Assembly: GCA_964016885.1 (NCBI GenBank)
Contig: OZ024756.1
Coordinates: 37,138,001 to 37,202,000 of the forward strand
From: Eledone cirrhosa
Lineage: Eukaryota
Length of the DNA stretch: 64,000 nucleotides
Direction of reading: 5' to 3'
The translations under genes were made by a program, and so were the position numbers. This document shows positions 42,268-57,282 of this stretch, piece after piece (within the stretch, counting starts at the first letter, position 1; each line of letters begins with the position of its first letter). The notes beneath the pieces are model-generated. The model saw nothing but the letters and a program-made list of their open reading frames with translations, was not told the DNA's origin and did not search any database.

Positions 42268-42731
42268 GATATATATATAGAGATATATACATATATATAT
42301 ATATATATATACATACGTATGTGTGTGTGTGTCTATCTATCTCCCTGCCTACCCATCATAATAAGCCACCTACCCCAGTACTTTACCAACCAACCAACCA
42401 GACACCCAGGCTACCACCGACCCAGCTTCTCCACCCTACCTACCCGACGTTGTGTACAAACACAAAAGCAAAAGAGGGATTATGTCACTGTAACACCCCA
42501 TCCACCCGTATTCTACCCCCTACCTCTCTTATAGCCCCCCCCCCCCCCCTCCCAATCCACCACCACAATCTATCACTCCCCCTCTTACCCCCTCTCCCCC
42601 CCTCTCCCCCTCTCCCCCCCTCCCTGCTCCCATCACAGACATATATACAGACACATAAAACAATGACATACCACCACACTGCAGGGATCACACCTCTCAC
42701 TACTACTGCTACCCCCTACCATCACAACTAC

Positions 42732-42769
<38 letters not shown>

Positions 42770-42788
42770 CCATATCTATATGTCTATA

Positions 42789-42856
<68 letters not shown>

Positions 42857-43024
42857 TATATATGTATGTATTTGTGTATATATTTATAAGTATATATATA
42901 GTTATATAGATATATACATATACACACACATATATATATATATATATACGACTCGTATACAAATATATATACATATATATATATACATACATATATATAT
43001 ATACATATATACATACACACACAA

Positions 43025-43061
<37 letters not shown>

Positions 43062-43070
43062 CATATCTAT

Positions 43071-43105
<35 letters not shown>

Positions 43106-45071
43106 CACTACAACCAACACACACCACGATCACCACACTGAACTACCACCTCACTCTCTCTAATGCCATCACCACACCACCATCACCACCACCACCACCA
43201 CCACCACTACTACCACCTCCACCACCACCACCAGCACCACCACCACTACTACTATTACCACCACTACCTCCACCACCACCAGTACCACCTACACCACCAC
43301 CACCAGCAGCAACACCACCACCACCACCACTACCACTACTACTACCACCACCACCACCACCACCACCACTACTACTACCATCACCACCTCCACCACCACC
43401 ACCACCACCACCACTACTACTATTACCACCACCACCTCCACCACCACCTCCACCTCCACCGGCACCACTACCACTACTACCACTACCACCACCACCCAAA
43501 GAGCACAAATTTTAATTAATGCCACCGCTACTACTACTACTACCATAAACACCACGCCACCTCATTACCGCCACCCCTATTACCATTGTCACTACCACTA
43601 CCATAATACCACCAGAACATCTTATTACCACCACCACCACCCCCACCATCTCACAACCATCACCACCACACCACCATCTCACAACCACCATTACCACCAT
43701 CTGACAACCATTACCACCAATACCACCACCACCAGCACCACCACCATCACTACCACCATCTCACAACCATTACCACCATTACCCCCACCACGACCACCAC
43801 CACTATCTCACAACCTTTACCATCAATACCACCACCACCTCACAACCATTACCACCACCGTCTCACAACCATTACCACCAATACCACCACCACTACCACG
43901 ACCACTACCACCACTATGTCACAACCATTACCGCCAAGACGACCACCACCACTACCACCACCATCATAGCAACTGTAATACCAGCACATAACGAAATTCA
44001 CCACAATACCATCACTGCCACCACCGCCATCACTATCACCACCATCACTGCCACCACCGCCATCACTATCACCACCATCACTGCCACCACCGCCATCACT
44101 ATCACCACCAAGACTACCACCACAACTACTCTACACTATAGTACTACTTCCAGCAACACTATACTACCACCACCACTATACCACCACTTTACTACCACCA
44201 CCACCAACACCAACACCATCATATTATTGCATTTACAAAAACCATTACACCACACCACTATACCATTTCTATTATACCATCACTATAACACACTCCCCCA
44301 CCACAACCACCATTACACCAACACCTCATTACTATTCCCACACCCCCACTAGACCACAAAACACCACTACACGACGCCACCACACTACACCACAACACCA
44401 CCACACTACGATACCACCACACAACGCCACCACCACACCACCACACCATTACACCACTACACCACCAGCATCAGACCACGCCACCACAACACCACCACCA
44501 CAAAATCACACCACACCATCACACCACACCATACCACCACACCACACCATACCACCACACCACACCACCAGCATCACTATCACACCACCACCATCCTACC
44601 ACAACTTACCAAACACCATTGCACTAGTGCCACATGCACCACCAACACCACCAACACCACCACCACCACTACACCACCACCACTACACCACCACCACTAC
44701 ACCACCACCACCAAACCACCACCACTACACCACCACCACCACCACCACCACCAAACCACCACCACCACCACCTCACCACGCTTCCTCAGACCCTCCCCCA
44801 CTTCCAGTAACGTCACCCCCGGCGCGTGTCCCTATTCTGGTTATATGAATTCCTTATATGGTATTGTATAACAACAGTGTAGTATAAGGAGAGGGTTAGC
44901 CCGGGGGGAGGGGGCTTGTTGATCCTTAAACAGTAACTAGAGAGGGGGTGGGGAGAGAGATAGAAGAGAGCATGTGGTGGGGTGTGTGGAGGGGAGGGGA
45001 GACTTGCACAAGTGTGCCTACATATGTGGATGTGTAAATTGGTATATATATATATATATATATATACATAC

Positions 45072-45170
<99 letters not shown>

Positions 45171-45211
45171 GTATACATATATAGACAGATAGATAATATA
45201 TGTATATATAT

Positions 45212-45253
<42 letters not shown>

Positions 45254-45352
45254 TAAATAGATAGATAATATATATATATATATATGTCATATATATATAT
45301 ATACATACATGCAAATTTGTTTCCCTTCTCTATTTTAGCCCCCACCTCTTTT

Positions 45353-45463
<111 letters not shown>

Positions 45464-45489
45464 ATATATATTATATATGTGTCTATATA

Positions 45490-45529
<40 letters not shown>

Positions 45530-45687
45530 TACATATATGTATATATACACACACATTTACATATACATATATATATGTACATACATACATATATATACAT
45601 ATATATATGTATATTCATATAGAATTTGTGCATATATATGTGTGTGTGTGTGTATGTGTGGATGTGTGTGGATGTGTGTGTGTGTGG

Positions 45688-45746
<59 letters not shown>

Positions 45747-46275
45747 GATGTGTGTGTGTGCTTACGAGTGTAGATGTCAAAAAGGAGGAGTATAGATGCA
45801 TGAGTGTGAGCAAAGGTGTAGTGGAGTGAGGTTAAATTGTGGGGTTGTTGAGTTGAGTGGAAGTGATGTTCTCGTGATGGTGGTGGTGGTTATAGTGGCG
45901 GTGATGGTACTGAAGGAGGTGGTGGTGATGGTGGTGGTAGGAGTAGTAGTGGTGGCCGTGCTAGTGGTAGTGGTGGTGGTAGTGAGGGTGATGGTAGTGG
46001 GGTTTATGGTGCTGGTGGTAGTGGTGGTAGTAGTGGTGGTGGTGGTGGTGATGGTATTAGTAGTGGTGATGGTGGTGCTGGTGGTAGTGGCGGTGGTAGT
46101 GGGGGTGATGGTGGTGGTGTGGAGTGGTACTGCTGGTGGTGGCGCTGGTACTGGTGGTGGAGGTGATGGTGGTACTGGCGATGTAGGAGATGATGGTAGT
46201 GGTGGTGGTGGTTATGGTGGTGATGATGGTGGCGATGGTCGTGGTACTGGTGGAGTCGTGTGGTAGCAATGACAG

Positions 46276-46832
46276 TTACAACCACCACCAAGTCACAACC
46301 AACACCAAGTCACAATCACCACCAAGTCACAATTACTACCAAATGACAACCACCACCGTCACCAAGTCACAACCACCACCACGACACAACCAACACCAAG
46401 TTACAACCAACATCAAGTTACAACCAACACCAAGTCACAACCATCACCAAGTCACAACCAACACCAAGTTACAACCAACACCAAGTCACAAGCAGCACCA
46501 AGTCACAACCATCACCAAGTCACAACTAACACAAAGTCACAACCATCACCAAGTCACAACCAACACCATGTCACAACCATCACCAAGTCACAACCAGCAC
46601 CAAGTCACAACCAACACCAAGTTACAACCAACACCAAGTCACAAACATCACCAAGTCACAACCAACACCAAGTTACAACCAACACCAAGTCACAAGCAGC
46701 ACCAAGTCACAACCATCACCAAGTCACAACTAACACAAAGTCACAACCATCACCAAGTCACAACCATCACCAAGTCACAACCATCACCAAGTCACAACCA
46801 ACACCAAGTTACAACCAACACCAAGTTACAAG
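46276..46832. repeat. 17-bp minisatellite (~32 units)
   Basis: CACCAAGTYACAACCAW. Confidence 0.9.
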
Positions 46833-47146
46833 CAATTCCTATCCTTTATTTTATCAACCTCGGCAGAATTTGAACTCAAAACCTAAACAGTCGGGGCTGA
46901 CACTGCAAAGCATTTTATCCGAGACTCTAACAGTTCTGCCAACCTACCCCCTTAATTCTCAGAATGAAGCTGCTGCCCCCCTCCCACCCAACAGCAGCAG
47001 CAGCAGCAGCAGCTCTATCAATATCCCATCCGTTCCCCTACTTCACCCCTCCCCCCTCCCCACCACCACCACCAACAACAACAAAAATAACAATCACAAT
47101 AGCAACAACAATAACAACGACAGCACCATCATCATGTCCTCCATTA

Positions 47147-47183
<37 letters not shown>

Positions 47184-47246
47184 CATCATGTCCTCCATTA
47201 CCCTCCCCCACTTTCTCTCTCTCTACCATCATGTCCTTCATTAGAC

Positions 47247-47288
<42 letters not shown>

Positions 47289-47788
47289 CATCATGTCCTC
47301 CATTACCCCCCTCTCTCTCTCTACCATCATGTCATCCGTTCTCCCGCTTCACCACTACCACCTCCAACAACAACAACAACAACACCTCCGTCATCATGTC
47401 CCCCGTTACTCCCCAACCACCCTCTCTCACTCTCTCTCTCTTTCTCTCTCTCTCTACCATTATGTCATCCACAAACACCCCCACCACCACCACCAGCAAC
47501 AATAACAACAACAACAACTACAAAAATAACAACAACACCTACAACCTCCGTTACCCCCCCCCCTTCTGTCTCTCTGTCTCTCTCTCTTTTTCTCCCTTTC
47601 TCTCTCTCTCTTTTCTCTCTCGCTCTCTCTCTTTCTCTCTCTACCATTATGTCATCCATTAACACCTCCACCAACGGCAACAACAACAATAACAACAACT
47701 ACAAAAATAACATTAACTACAACAAAAATAACAATAACAACAACAACACATACGTCCTCCATTACCACCTCCCCTCTCTCTCTCTCTT

Positions 47789-47881
<93 letters not shown>

Positions 47882-47885
<4 letters not shown>

Positions 47886-48229
47886 AATACCGCTCCATCT
47901 TTAACAGACACAGAGTAAAACTAGGGTACTCCTGCGCTAAGAATATGAAGGGCCACATCACCAACAGTCGTGAGAGCGACACCCCACCAGGGTGCTCTTG
48001 CCGAAAGCCTGAATCTTGTCCCCTTCAACAGCAATGCAACAGACCCGCTGTAGTTTATGAAGATGTGGTCACTTCCAACCGACCAAATCAACCACAGGAG
48101 GTCAAATCCTATGTGGGTATGGCGGATGGCCGATTTAAGGAACGCTTCCTGAACCATCAGTCAACCTTTAGGTACCCGGACAAACGATCATCCACGAAGC
48201 TCGCGAGTCACGTATGGTCCCTCAAAGAC
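47882..48229 (+). pseudogene. Penelope-like element fragment: linker Zn-finger + GIY-YIG endonuclease (Naiad-like)
   Basis: HKYRSIFNRHRVKLGYSCAKNM..CSCRKPESCPLQQQC (CxCx5Cx5C)..VVY..YVG..FKERFLNHQSTF..TKLASHVWSLK; 116 open codons cut by (TA)n at both ends. Confidence 0.88.
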
Positions 48230-48286
48230 ATATATATATATATAACAGATCAGAGCAAACAACACGGACACTCTATCTCAAAATTA

Positions 48287-48323
48287 TTTTTGAAAAGCAT
48301 TTAGAAATGCGCAACCGGTAAAA
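48287..48323 (+). ncRNA. Degenerate minimal hammerhead, U3-A8 core
   Basis: TTT TTGAAAA GCATTT-AG-AAATGC GCAA CCGG TA AAA; GAAA is changed to GCAA. Confidence 0.5.
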
Positions 48324-48465
48324 ACTTAAAAACTTAAAACCACAACTGAATACTAACCCATACAATTACTAATACTCTTTTATTCCTAATTAAACCATTT
48401 TTCAACTGTGAACAATTTGTCAGCATTTTCTATTCCGTTTACCAATATATATATATATATATATA

Positions 48466-48645
48466 TAACAGATTAAAGTTTAAGCTTCAGAAGATCCCGT
48501 TAAGGCTGAAAGCAGCGATTCTTTGCTTAAACTTTAATCTGTTATTTTAATAAATATTTGCTCTACGGTTCTTATATATTTGATATATATTTATCCTTAT
48601 CGAGCCCTCTTTGGATTTTAGTCTTCACATTTATTATTATTACTA
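48466..48645 (+). mobile_element. Family D element with variant HHR (48482-48534)
   Basis: AAGCTT CAGAAGA TCCCGTTAAGGCT GAAA GCA-GCGATTCTT-TGC TT AAACTT plus the family D tail. Confidence 0.7.
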
Positions 48646-49436
48646 TATATATATCTTTCTCTCTCTCTACGATCAACATGACTGGTCTGACAGAGTAAAA
48701 TAGAATGGCAAAGAATCACAGAGAATCGCAGAGAATCGCAGAGAACGGCAGAGAATATCAGAGATTCTCAGAGAAAGGCAGATGAGAATTGTCGTTTTTG
48801 TGTAATCGAGATATAATCCTTTCTTTAAGCACAGCAGGATTCCAAGTACTGGAAGGAATATTACTAGTATTTTGACTTGGTTGTGGAATGAAAGAAGAAG
48901 AAGAAGAAGAAGAAGAAGAAGAAGAAGAAGAAGAAGAAGAAGAAGAAGAAGAAGAAGAAGAAGAAGAAGAAGAAGAAGAAGAAGAAGAAGAAGAAGAAGA
49001 AGAATGAAAGAAGATAAGGAAGAAGAAAAAGAACAATTAAAAGAGGTTGTGTATCTACTTGCTTGGATGTCTGATCAAAGAGTGCCTACATAAATAATCG
49101 TTGGTTTTTGATTTAAATGTGTTTGAAGAAAGAAAAAAGGGGGGCGAAGGAGTAGGGGAGGGTACAGAGCTGGGGTGTGGGGTGTGTTGTAGAGGGATGG
49201 TGGAGAGGGGGAGAGGATAAAGAAACAAAACACAACACAACAATAACACAGGGACTATCGTAATTGACATATAATGACATAATGACATCATTAGAAACGT
49301 TATAAATAAAAAAAACGGGAAGATGGAGGTGGAGGTGGTGGTGGTGGTGGTGGTTGGTGGCTGTATGAATGGAATGATATAACACTTGACGGAAGGAATA
49401 TATATATACACACACACACACACATATATATATGTA

Positions 49437-49498
<62 letters not shown>

Positions 49499-49509
49499 CA
49501 CATATATAT

Positions 49510-49568
<59 letters not shown>

Positions 49569-49948
49569 ATTCACAAGAATCAAAGCTATGTTCAAAGCAT
49601 TTATTCACTTACAATTGTTTCATCCAAACCTAGGCTTGGAATCTTCGGAGTATTTTTCAATGCTTGTACATATAATTGACCTCCTATCCAACGGAATTTA
49701 ATTTTAATTTTAATTTTAATTTTGATTTTGAATTTGAATTGCTGTACAAATATAGTATAGTATAATATATGTCACTCCACTGTACATCAATATATATATA
49801 TATATGTATCTGTATGTCTCTTGCGTTGGATAGGAGGTCAATTATATGTACAAGCATTGAAAGATGCTCCGAAGACTCCAAGCCTAGGTTTGGATGAAAC
49901 AATTGTAAGTGAATAAATGCTTTGAACATAGCTTTGATTCTTGTGAAT
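49569..49948. mobile_element. Family G inverted-repeat element, each arm carrying an HHR
   Basis: Arms 49569-49693 and 49824-49948 (~125 bp each), 130-bp spacer. Confidence 0.85.
49866..49910 (+). ncRNA. Type I hammerhead, U4C core variant (mirror copy 49607-49651, minus)
   Basis: RCT CCGAAGA Y-TCCAAGCC-TA-GGTTTGGA-T GAAA C-AATT-G TA AGT. Confidence 0.7.
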
Positions 49949-50162
49949 GCTATATAACTGCTCTGTAGAACAACTGATGTTCTTACATTGAGCTATTTAT
50001 CTTACTGGGAATAAGGTAGTAATAAATTATTGACCTTCCCTGTTTATAGTTTAAAATATACATAACTATAAAATTTAAAGTATACATAACTATAAATAGT
50101 ATCCTTAATATTATATATATACATATATATACACACACATATATATATATATGTATATATAT

Positions 50163-50242
50163 TCAGGGTGTCCCGCAAAAATATATACATATTTTATTAA
50201 AATGATGTTGATGTGAGTATACATTTTTGGGGACACCCTGTA
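50163..50242. mobile_element. Tc1/mariner-type MITE
   Basis: CAGGGTGTCCCGCAAAAATATATAC ... GTATACATTTTTGGGGACACCCTG-TA; relative at 58512-58612. Confidence 0.7.
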
Positions 50243-50257
50243 CACACACATATATAT

Positions 50258-50342
50258 GGGAGACGCAGGACATGGCGACGATGATGAAGGACACAGAAAC
50301 CACTGTAGAGAACTCGTCCATGGATCTCGGGAGTTTTACCCG

Positions 50343-50347
<5 letters not shown>
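50258..50347 (+). mobile_element. Short 3' end of the same RTE family as 4482-4935
   Basis: GGAGACGCAGGACATGG...GAACTCGTCCATGGATCTCGGGA.TTTTAC.CGCCCTA is shared with 4858-4935. Confidence 0.8.
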
Positions 50348-50678
<331 letters not shown>

Positions 50679-50682
50679 GTAT

Positions 50683-50857
50683 AGTTAAATCTTGGACAGG
50701 AACAAAAACAGAGAGGCAGTACAAATACGAGTTTATTAGGTTCACGCCTTTTAGAGTGGGAGGGGGACGTTTCGGGCATAAACCCTTCATCAGGAGAAAA
50801 GTGGGGAGTGGTGGAAAGACATTTAGAAAAAAGGGAGAGAGAAAAGGGAGGAAAAAG

Positions 50858-50860
<3 letters not shown>
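50683..50860 (-). mobile_element. Family H PLE-like terminus with HHR-like core (50766-50792)
   Basis: Minus strand: CTGATGA A GGG-TTTATG-CCC GAAA CG TC; stem I is not paired; tail GCGTGAA..AATAAAC..GTACTGCCTCTCTGTTTT also at 30037-30102 and 57050-57120. Confidence 0.6.
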
Positions 50861-50942
<82 letters not shown>

Positions 50943-51249
50943 ACATACATATATAGATACATACATATATACACACACATATATATAACGGTAAAGTCTT
51001 ACAGATGTAATGATATTGTAAGTTGAAAAGCTTCAAGTAATAGAGATTATTCTTGCAATTACAATACAAAATATATCAAGAGATATGTTTAACTATTTCA
51101 AAAACAAAATAAACGCTGCTTTCAGTTGATGTTGACTTTTGTAAATAGATTCATAATGTCCTACTTGACACAGACTTTGAACTTAGGAAATGATAACTGA
51201 GCCATGATTCATGAAATACAGAGAGGATCAGATATTGCTTCACCGAGGA

Positions 51250-51638
51250 TTAACCCTTTGGCATTTAAACCGGCCATATCTGGCCAGAATTCTCTCACCT
51301 CTTTCTGTTCAAAACCGGCTATAACCAGCCTCTCATACTGACATGAACCATTTAGCATTTAAACCGGCCATATCCGGCCAGAATTCTCTCACCTCTTTCT
51401 GTTCAAAACCGGCTATAACCAGCCACTTATACTGACATTAACCATTTAGCATTTAAACCGGCCATTTCCGGACAGAATTCTCTCACCTCTTTCTGTTCAA
51501 ACCAGCTGTAACTGGCCACTCATACCAATGTTAAGGTATTGTTCTCAAAATAAATAGATTCGTTATTATGTGAGATAATTACGTGGGGTAAAGCCTTTAA
51601 TATCAAAATAGGGAGTAATGTAAATGCCATAAAGTTAA
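51250..51638. mobile_element. piggyBac-type MITE with its left 94 bp triplicated
   Basis: TTAA CCCTTTGGCATTTAAACCGGCC.. at 51250, 51344 and 51438; inverted relative of 9956-10256. Confidence 0.75.
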
Positions 51639-52448
51639 AGCAAAGGTTCATGTGGGAGAAAGAGCTGAGTAAAAGGCTTGGAAGAAATAGTCAGAAAGTA
51701 GTAAAATCAAATAGTTGTAGCATCGTTGGGCTGTTTATAACTGTGGTAAGATTGGTAGGGGTAACCACTGTATAGTTTAACAGGTGAAAAGAAGTGGTGG
51801 AGTGAGGGGTGGTGTAGTGTGGGGTGGGAGAAGAGAAACTTGGTGTATGAAATAAAAGAACCCGGATATCTCCAGGTAGTATCAATGATTCATGATAATG
51901 ATCTACAATCGACATCTGATAAAAGAATTAATGTATGTATGCGTTTACACACACACACACACACACACACACTTATATATATATATATGTGTGTATGTGT
52001 ACCTATATATATATGTTATACACACGCATACATTCCAAGACAAACACTGATAGGAAAATACTGATATCATAGATTGCAGCAGTCACTGTGTCTAGATGTA
52101 TGTGTGTGTGTGTCTGTGTGTATGTATGTGTGTGTGTATGCCTGTGTATGTATATGTGTGCACGTGTGTGTGTATACCTGTGTATGTATATGTGTGTGCG
52201 TGTGTGTGTATGTCTGTATGTCCCATCAAGAAAAGCGATTACTGTGTATATATAATCTACGAAATTCTGTATCCTTTCTTTCCTTTACTCACACACACAT
52301 ACACACAGAGATACACACACAGATACACACACCCACGTACGCACACACACACACACACACACATAAACACACATACACTCCTACACATATACAAACACAC
52401 ATTTTTTTTAAACATCCACGTCAAACATTTAAACAGGACGCACGTGTG

Positions 52449-53020
<572 letters not shown>

Positions 53021-53208
53021 ATATATATATATGTGTGTGTATATATATATATCTGACCGTGTGTGTGTACACTCCCCTTACATAAACACACACACCACAG
53101 AGACACCGATAACTTCTGTCAACTGGATTTATTCCCAGTTCCCTCTTCTTGGACTCAACTTTATCTTAAACTATTTTCCCTTTCAGCTGTCTTCTATAAT
53201 AACAACAC

Positions 53209-53325
<117 letters not shown>

Positions 53326-53368
53326 CATACATATACATATATATATATATATACATGTACACATATAC

Positions 53369-53404
<36 letters not shown>

Positions 53405-53426
53405 ATAATCATATATATATATATAC

Positions 53427-53508
<82 letters not shown>

Positions 53509-53870
53509 GTATAAATATATACGTGTGGATCGTATATCGTATATATTAACAAAAAGCTCATCGTTATCTAGATCAATCGTGATAAAGTTCCCTACTGACC
53601 CCTATATCACTAGATGTGGGCCCTCCCTCCCACCAGCCCTGCCTGACACATAGACCCTAAAGTGGTTAGGGATCTACACTAACAGTCAACGCAGAAACCA
53701 ATTTTCAAACCATCCAAGCATCCTAGCACTCTGTCCTATCTTTCGTTAGTTACTTCACCAAATCAACAGGACGGTTTCTCGATAAAATATTTCCTATATT
53801 GAAGTATTCATCCACACACACACACACACAGCACATATATATATATGGTCCACCCTGTGTCTGTGTGTAT

Positions 53871-53928
<58 letters not shown>

Positions 53929-53940
53929 ATACACACAGAC

Positions 53941-54035
53941 ACAGGGTGGACCAAAAGTCGTGATATATAGGAAAAATATGTCAACTTGAATTGTAATTAT
54001 TTCTGCTATATATCGTGACTTTTGGTCCACCCTGT
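53941..54035. mobile_element. Tc1/mariner-type MITE
   Basis: CAGGGTGGACCAAAAGTC..GATATATAG ... CTATATATC..GACTTTTGGTCCACCCTG-TA. Confidence 0.75.
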
Positions 54036-54054
54036 ATGTATATGTGTATATATA

Positions 54055-54390
54055 TAACGAAGGAAGTGTGGTAAGGAACAGGTGGACCATAACGCACCAG
54101 AGTACTCGATACTATGGGTAGTAGAGTGGGTAATAAGAAAAGTGTCAGGACCCCGACGGCTGAGCTCCGTCCGTTTCGACAGCTAGTTCGAGTCTAACTG
54201 TCAAAACGGCCAGAGTTCAGCCGTCGGGGTCACGACTCTTTTCCTATATATATGAAAAGAGTCGTGACCCCGACGGCTGAATTCTGGCCGTTTCGACAGC
54301 TAGATCCAAACTTACCCACTCTACTACCCCAAGTATCAAGTACTCTGGCGGGTTATGGTTCACCTGGTATTTTATCACACTCTGGTAAAA
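54055..54390. mobile_element. Family C element with multiple successive inversions
   Basis: Tail(-), HHR half(-), hairpin, HHR half(+), TATATA, HHR half(-), tail(+). Confidence 0.8.
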
Positions 54391-55445
54391 TATATATACA
54401 TACAGTGGCGGACTGGGTTTTAAAATATTGGTGAAGGAGATGAAGGGGGCCCACCTACATATAGAATGCTATCATTTAATTTTTATAATGAATAAATATC
54501 ATTTTCGAAAAATACAAGAGTGGAAACAAAACAGTGCAATCAAATTTGCAAGGAAAAATATCTTATCTTCTCCAATAAAAAATATGTATTTTGCGAAACC
54601 CAGAGACTTTCAATAATGACCAGAAGTCGAGCCTAAATATTACTAATAGCTCTAGGAAAGCCATGAACGACGTCACATCTTTTTAACTAAGATTTTGAAA
54701 GTAGGTTTATAATTATCAATTTTTATTATACTTTTGTAGTTGTCTCGGTGGCCTAGTTGGAGGAACTGTAGACGGTGGTGATCCTGGTCTGAAGTTCGAT
54801 ACTGGTCGGGAGTAGAGTTCCTTTTCAGTTTTTTTTCTATTGGTTGTAAAATAAAAACTGAAAAAGGTTGCATGTACGTCTTGACCAGGATTAGGATTTC
54901 CACCGTCTCTAGTACCTACCGCTAGGCCACAGAGACAACTACGGAAGTCTTATGAAAATTCATACTTATAAACCTGTAGCCATGTCACCTCACAGGAATT
55001 ACTGCACTTGGTGGAATACACTTCTAATGGAAGAACACCAACACCATCATCACCATTATCAACACTATCACCGCCACCATCACCACCGCTATCAACACTA
55101 TCACCACCGCCACTACCATCATCACCACCCTCATCAAACCACCACCATCAACATTATCACCACCGCCACTACAACGACCACATCCACCACCACCACCACC
55201 ACAAACACATCACCGACAACATACCATCACACCATCATCACCACCACCAACAAAAACATCACCATCACCTCAAACACCATCACATACCACACCACCACCA
55301 ACCCATTTCTATCAACTCCACGACAACAACTGTTGGTGTAAAACTTTACTGCGCATGCGTGCAGTGTGATATGGGTTAACAAGATACGATATAATCTTAC
55401 TGTCTGCCTGGCTGTTTGGATAACTACAGAGCGTGACCACACACA

Positions 55446-55486
<41 letters not shown>

Positions 55487-56013
55487 ATACACGCAGCCAC
55501 ACACACACACATACACATACACGCAGCCACACACACACACACACATACACATACACACACACACATACAGCCACACACACACACACATACACGCAGCCAC
55601 ACACACACATACACATACACATACACGCAGCCACACACATACACACACACATACACGCAGCCACACACACACACACATACACATACACATACACACAGCC
55701 ACACATACACATACACACAGCCACATACACACATGCACACAGCCACATACACGTACACACACTAGCCACATACACATACACACCACACACACATGCACAC
55801 AGCTACACACATACACACAGCCACACACACACATACACACATCCACACACACACACATACACACACACACACATCCACATACACACACATAGAGCCTCAC
55901 ACAAACACAGACAGACATCCAGACACACACGTCCAAACGCGCCAGACCATGTCATACACACACACCCACATGTCACACATTATATACCTACACACACACA
56001 CACACACACACAC

Positions 56014-56044
<31 letters not shown>

Positions 56045-56103
56045 TGTGTGTGTATTTATATTGATAGATAGATAGATAGGTAGATAACTAAATAGATATG
56101 CAG

Positions 56104-56191
<88 letters not shown>

Positions 56192-56409
56192 TTCCTCTCC
56201 CCCTCCTCTCTCTCCTCTCTCTCTCCCCCTCCTCTCTCCCTTTCTCTCTCTCTCTCTCTCTGCCACACTTATTTACCGTTTTACAAAAGATTCCAGCCCC
56301 CCGTCCCACATCTTAAAATTCAACTCCCCACCTCAGTAGCGTCCGCCCCTTCACTCACTCTCACACACTCTCTCCCCCTCTCTCTATCTATCCCCCCTCT
56401 CTCGCTCCC

Positions 56410-56490
<81 letters not shown>

Positions 56491-56749
56491 CAGACAAACG
56501 CAATCTTACCCCCCTCGGGTTGACCAATGTCTTAAAAGTATATATCCTGAGTTCAGTCTTTTTCGTCGCTATGGTCACTGCAGCCCGTCTATCGGTCGCT
56601 GTCTTCAATTTGCAAAGCTGTCTAAACGTAATGTTAAAACTCTAGGGTAATACACCCTATTGAGTGCTTAGTCCCGACTGCACACCCCGACTGCATTCGT
56701 TAGGTTGGGTTGGCTGCAACCAGAGATTCGATGATGCTGTACTAAATTT

Positions 56750-56799
<50 letters not shown>

Positions 56800-56803
<4 letters not shown>

Positions 56804-57000
56804 AAAAAGTATGACCCCGACGACAGAGCTCAAGCCGTTTCGACGGCTATTTCGACGGCTATTTCAGTCCAGAAATAGCCGTCGAAACGGCTTGAGCTCT
56901 GCCGTCGGGGTCATACTTTTTCCTATTTCCCACTCTACTACCCTAAGTATTGAGTACTCTGGTGCGTTATGGTCCATCTGGTTCCTTACCACAATTCCTT

Positions 57001-57005
<5 letters not shown>
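56800..57005. mobile_element. Family C fold-back element in (TA)n
   Basis: Palindrome 56800-56925 centred on stem II (with a 12-nt stutter), tail on the + strand. Confidence 0.85.
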
Positions 57006-57039
<34 letters not shown>

Positions 57040-57196
57040 CACCCCACTCTCAAGAGCGTGAAACTAATAAACCTTTGTTCGTACTGCCTCTCTGTTTTGT
57101 TCCTGTTCAATTTTTTACTATATATAGAGAGAAAGAGAGGGGGAGAGAGAGAGAGTATAAGAAGTCAAACTTGTAGTTTGTGATGAAACTTTATTG

Positions 57197-57282
57197 CATA
57201 TTAAAACTGTTTCGATATCGATCAGTTCGGGTTCGATCAGGTGATCGGATCCCGACTTTTAATCGACATCTCTTCAGATAGG
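57197..57282 (-). ncRNA. Type I hammerhead with extended stem II, stem III degenerate
   Basis: Minus strand: CCTAT CTGAAGA GATGTCGATTA..TCGGG..CGATCA-CC-TGATCG..CCCGA..TGATCGATATC GAAA CAGTTT TA ATATG. Confidence 0.6.

Noticed and set aside
54403-54945. hAT-like terminus CAGTGGCGGACTG and 76-aa ORF
   Set aside because: No matching second TIR or transposase motif found
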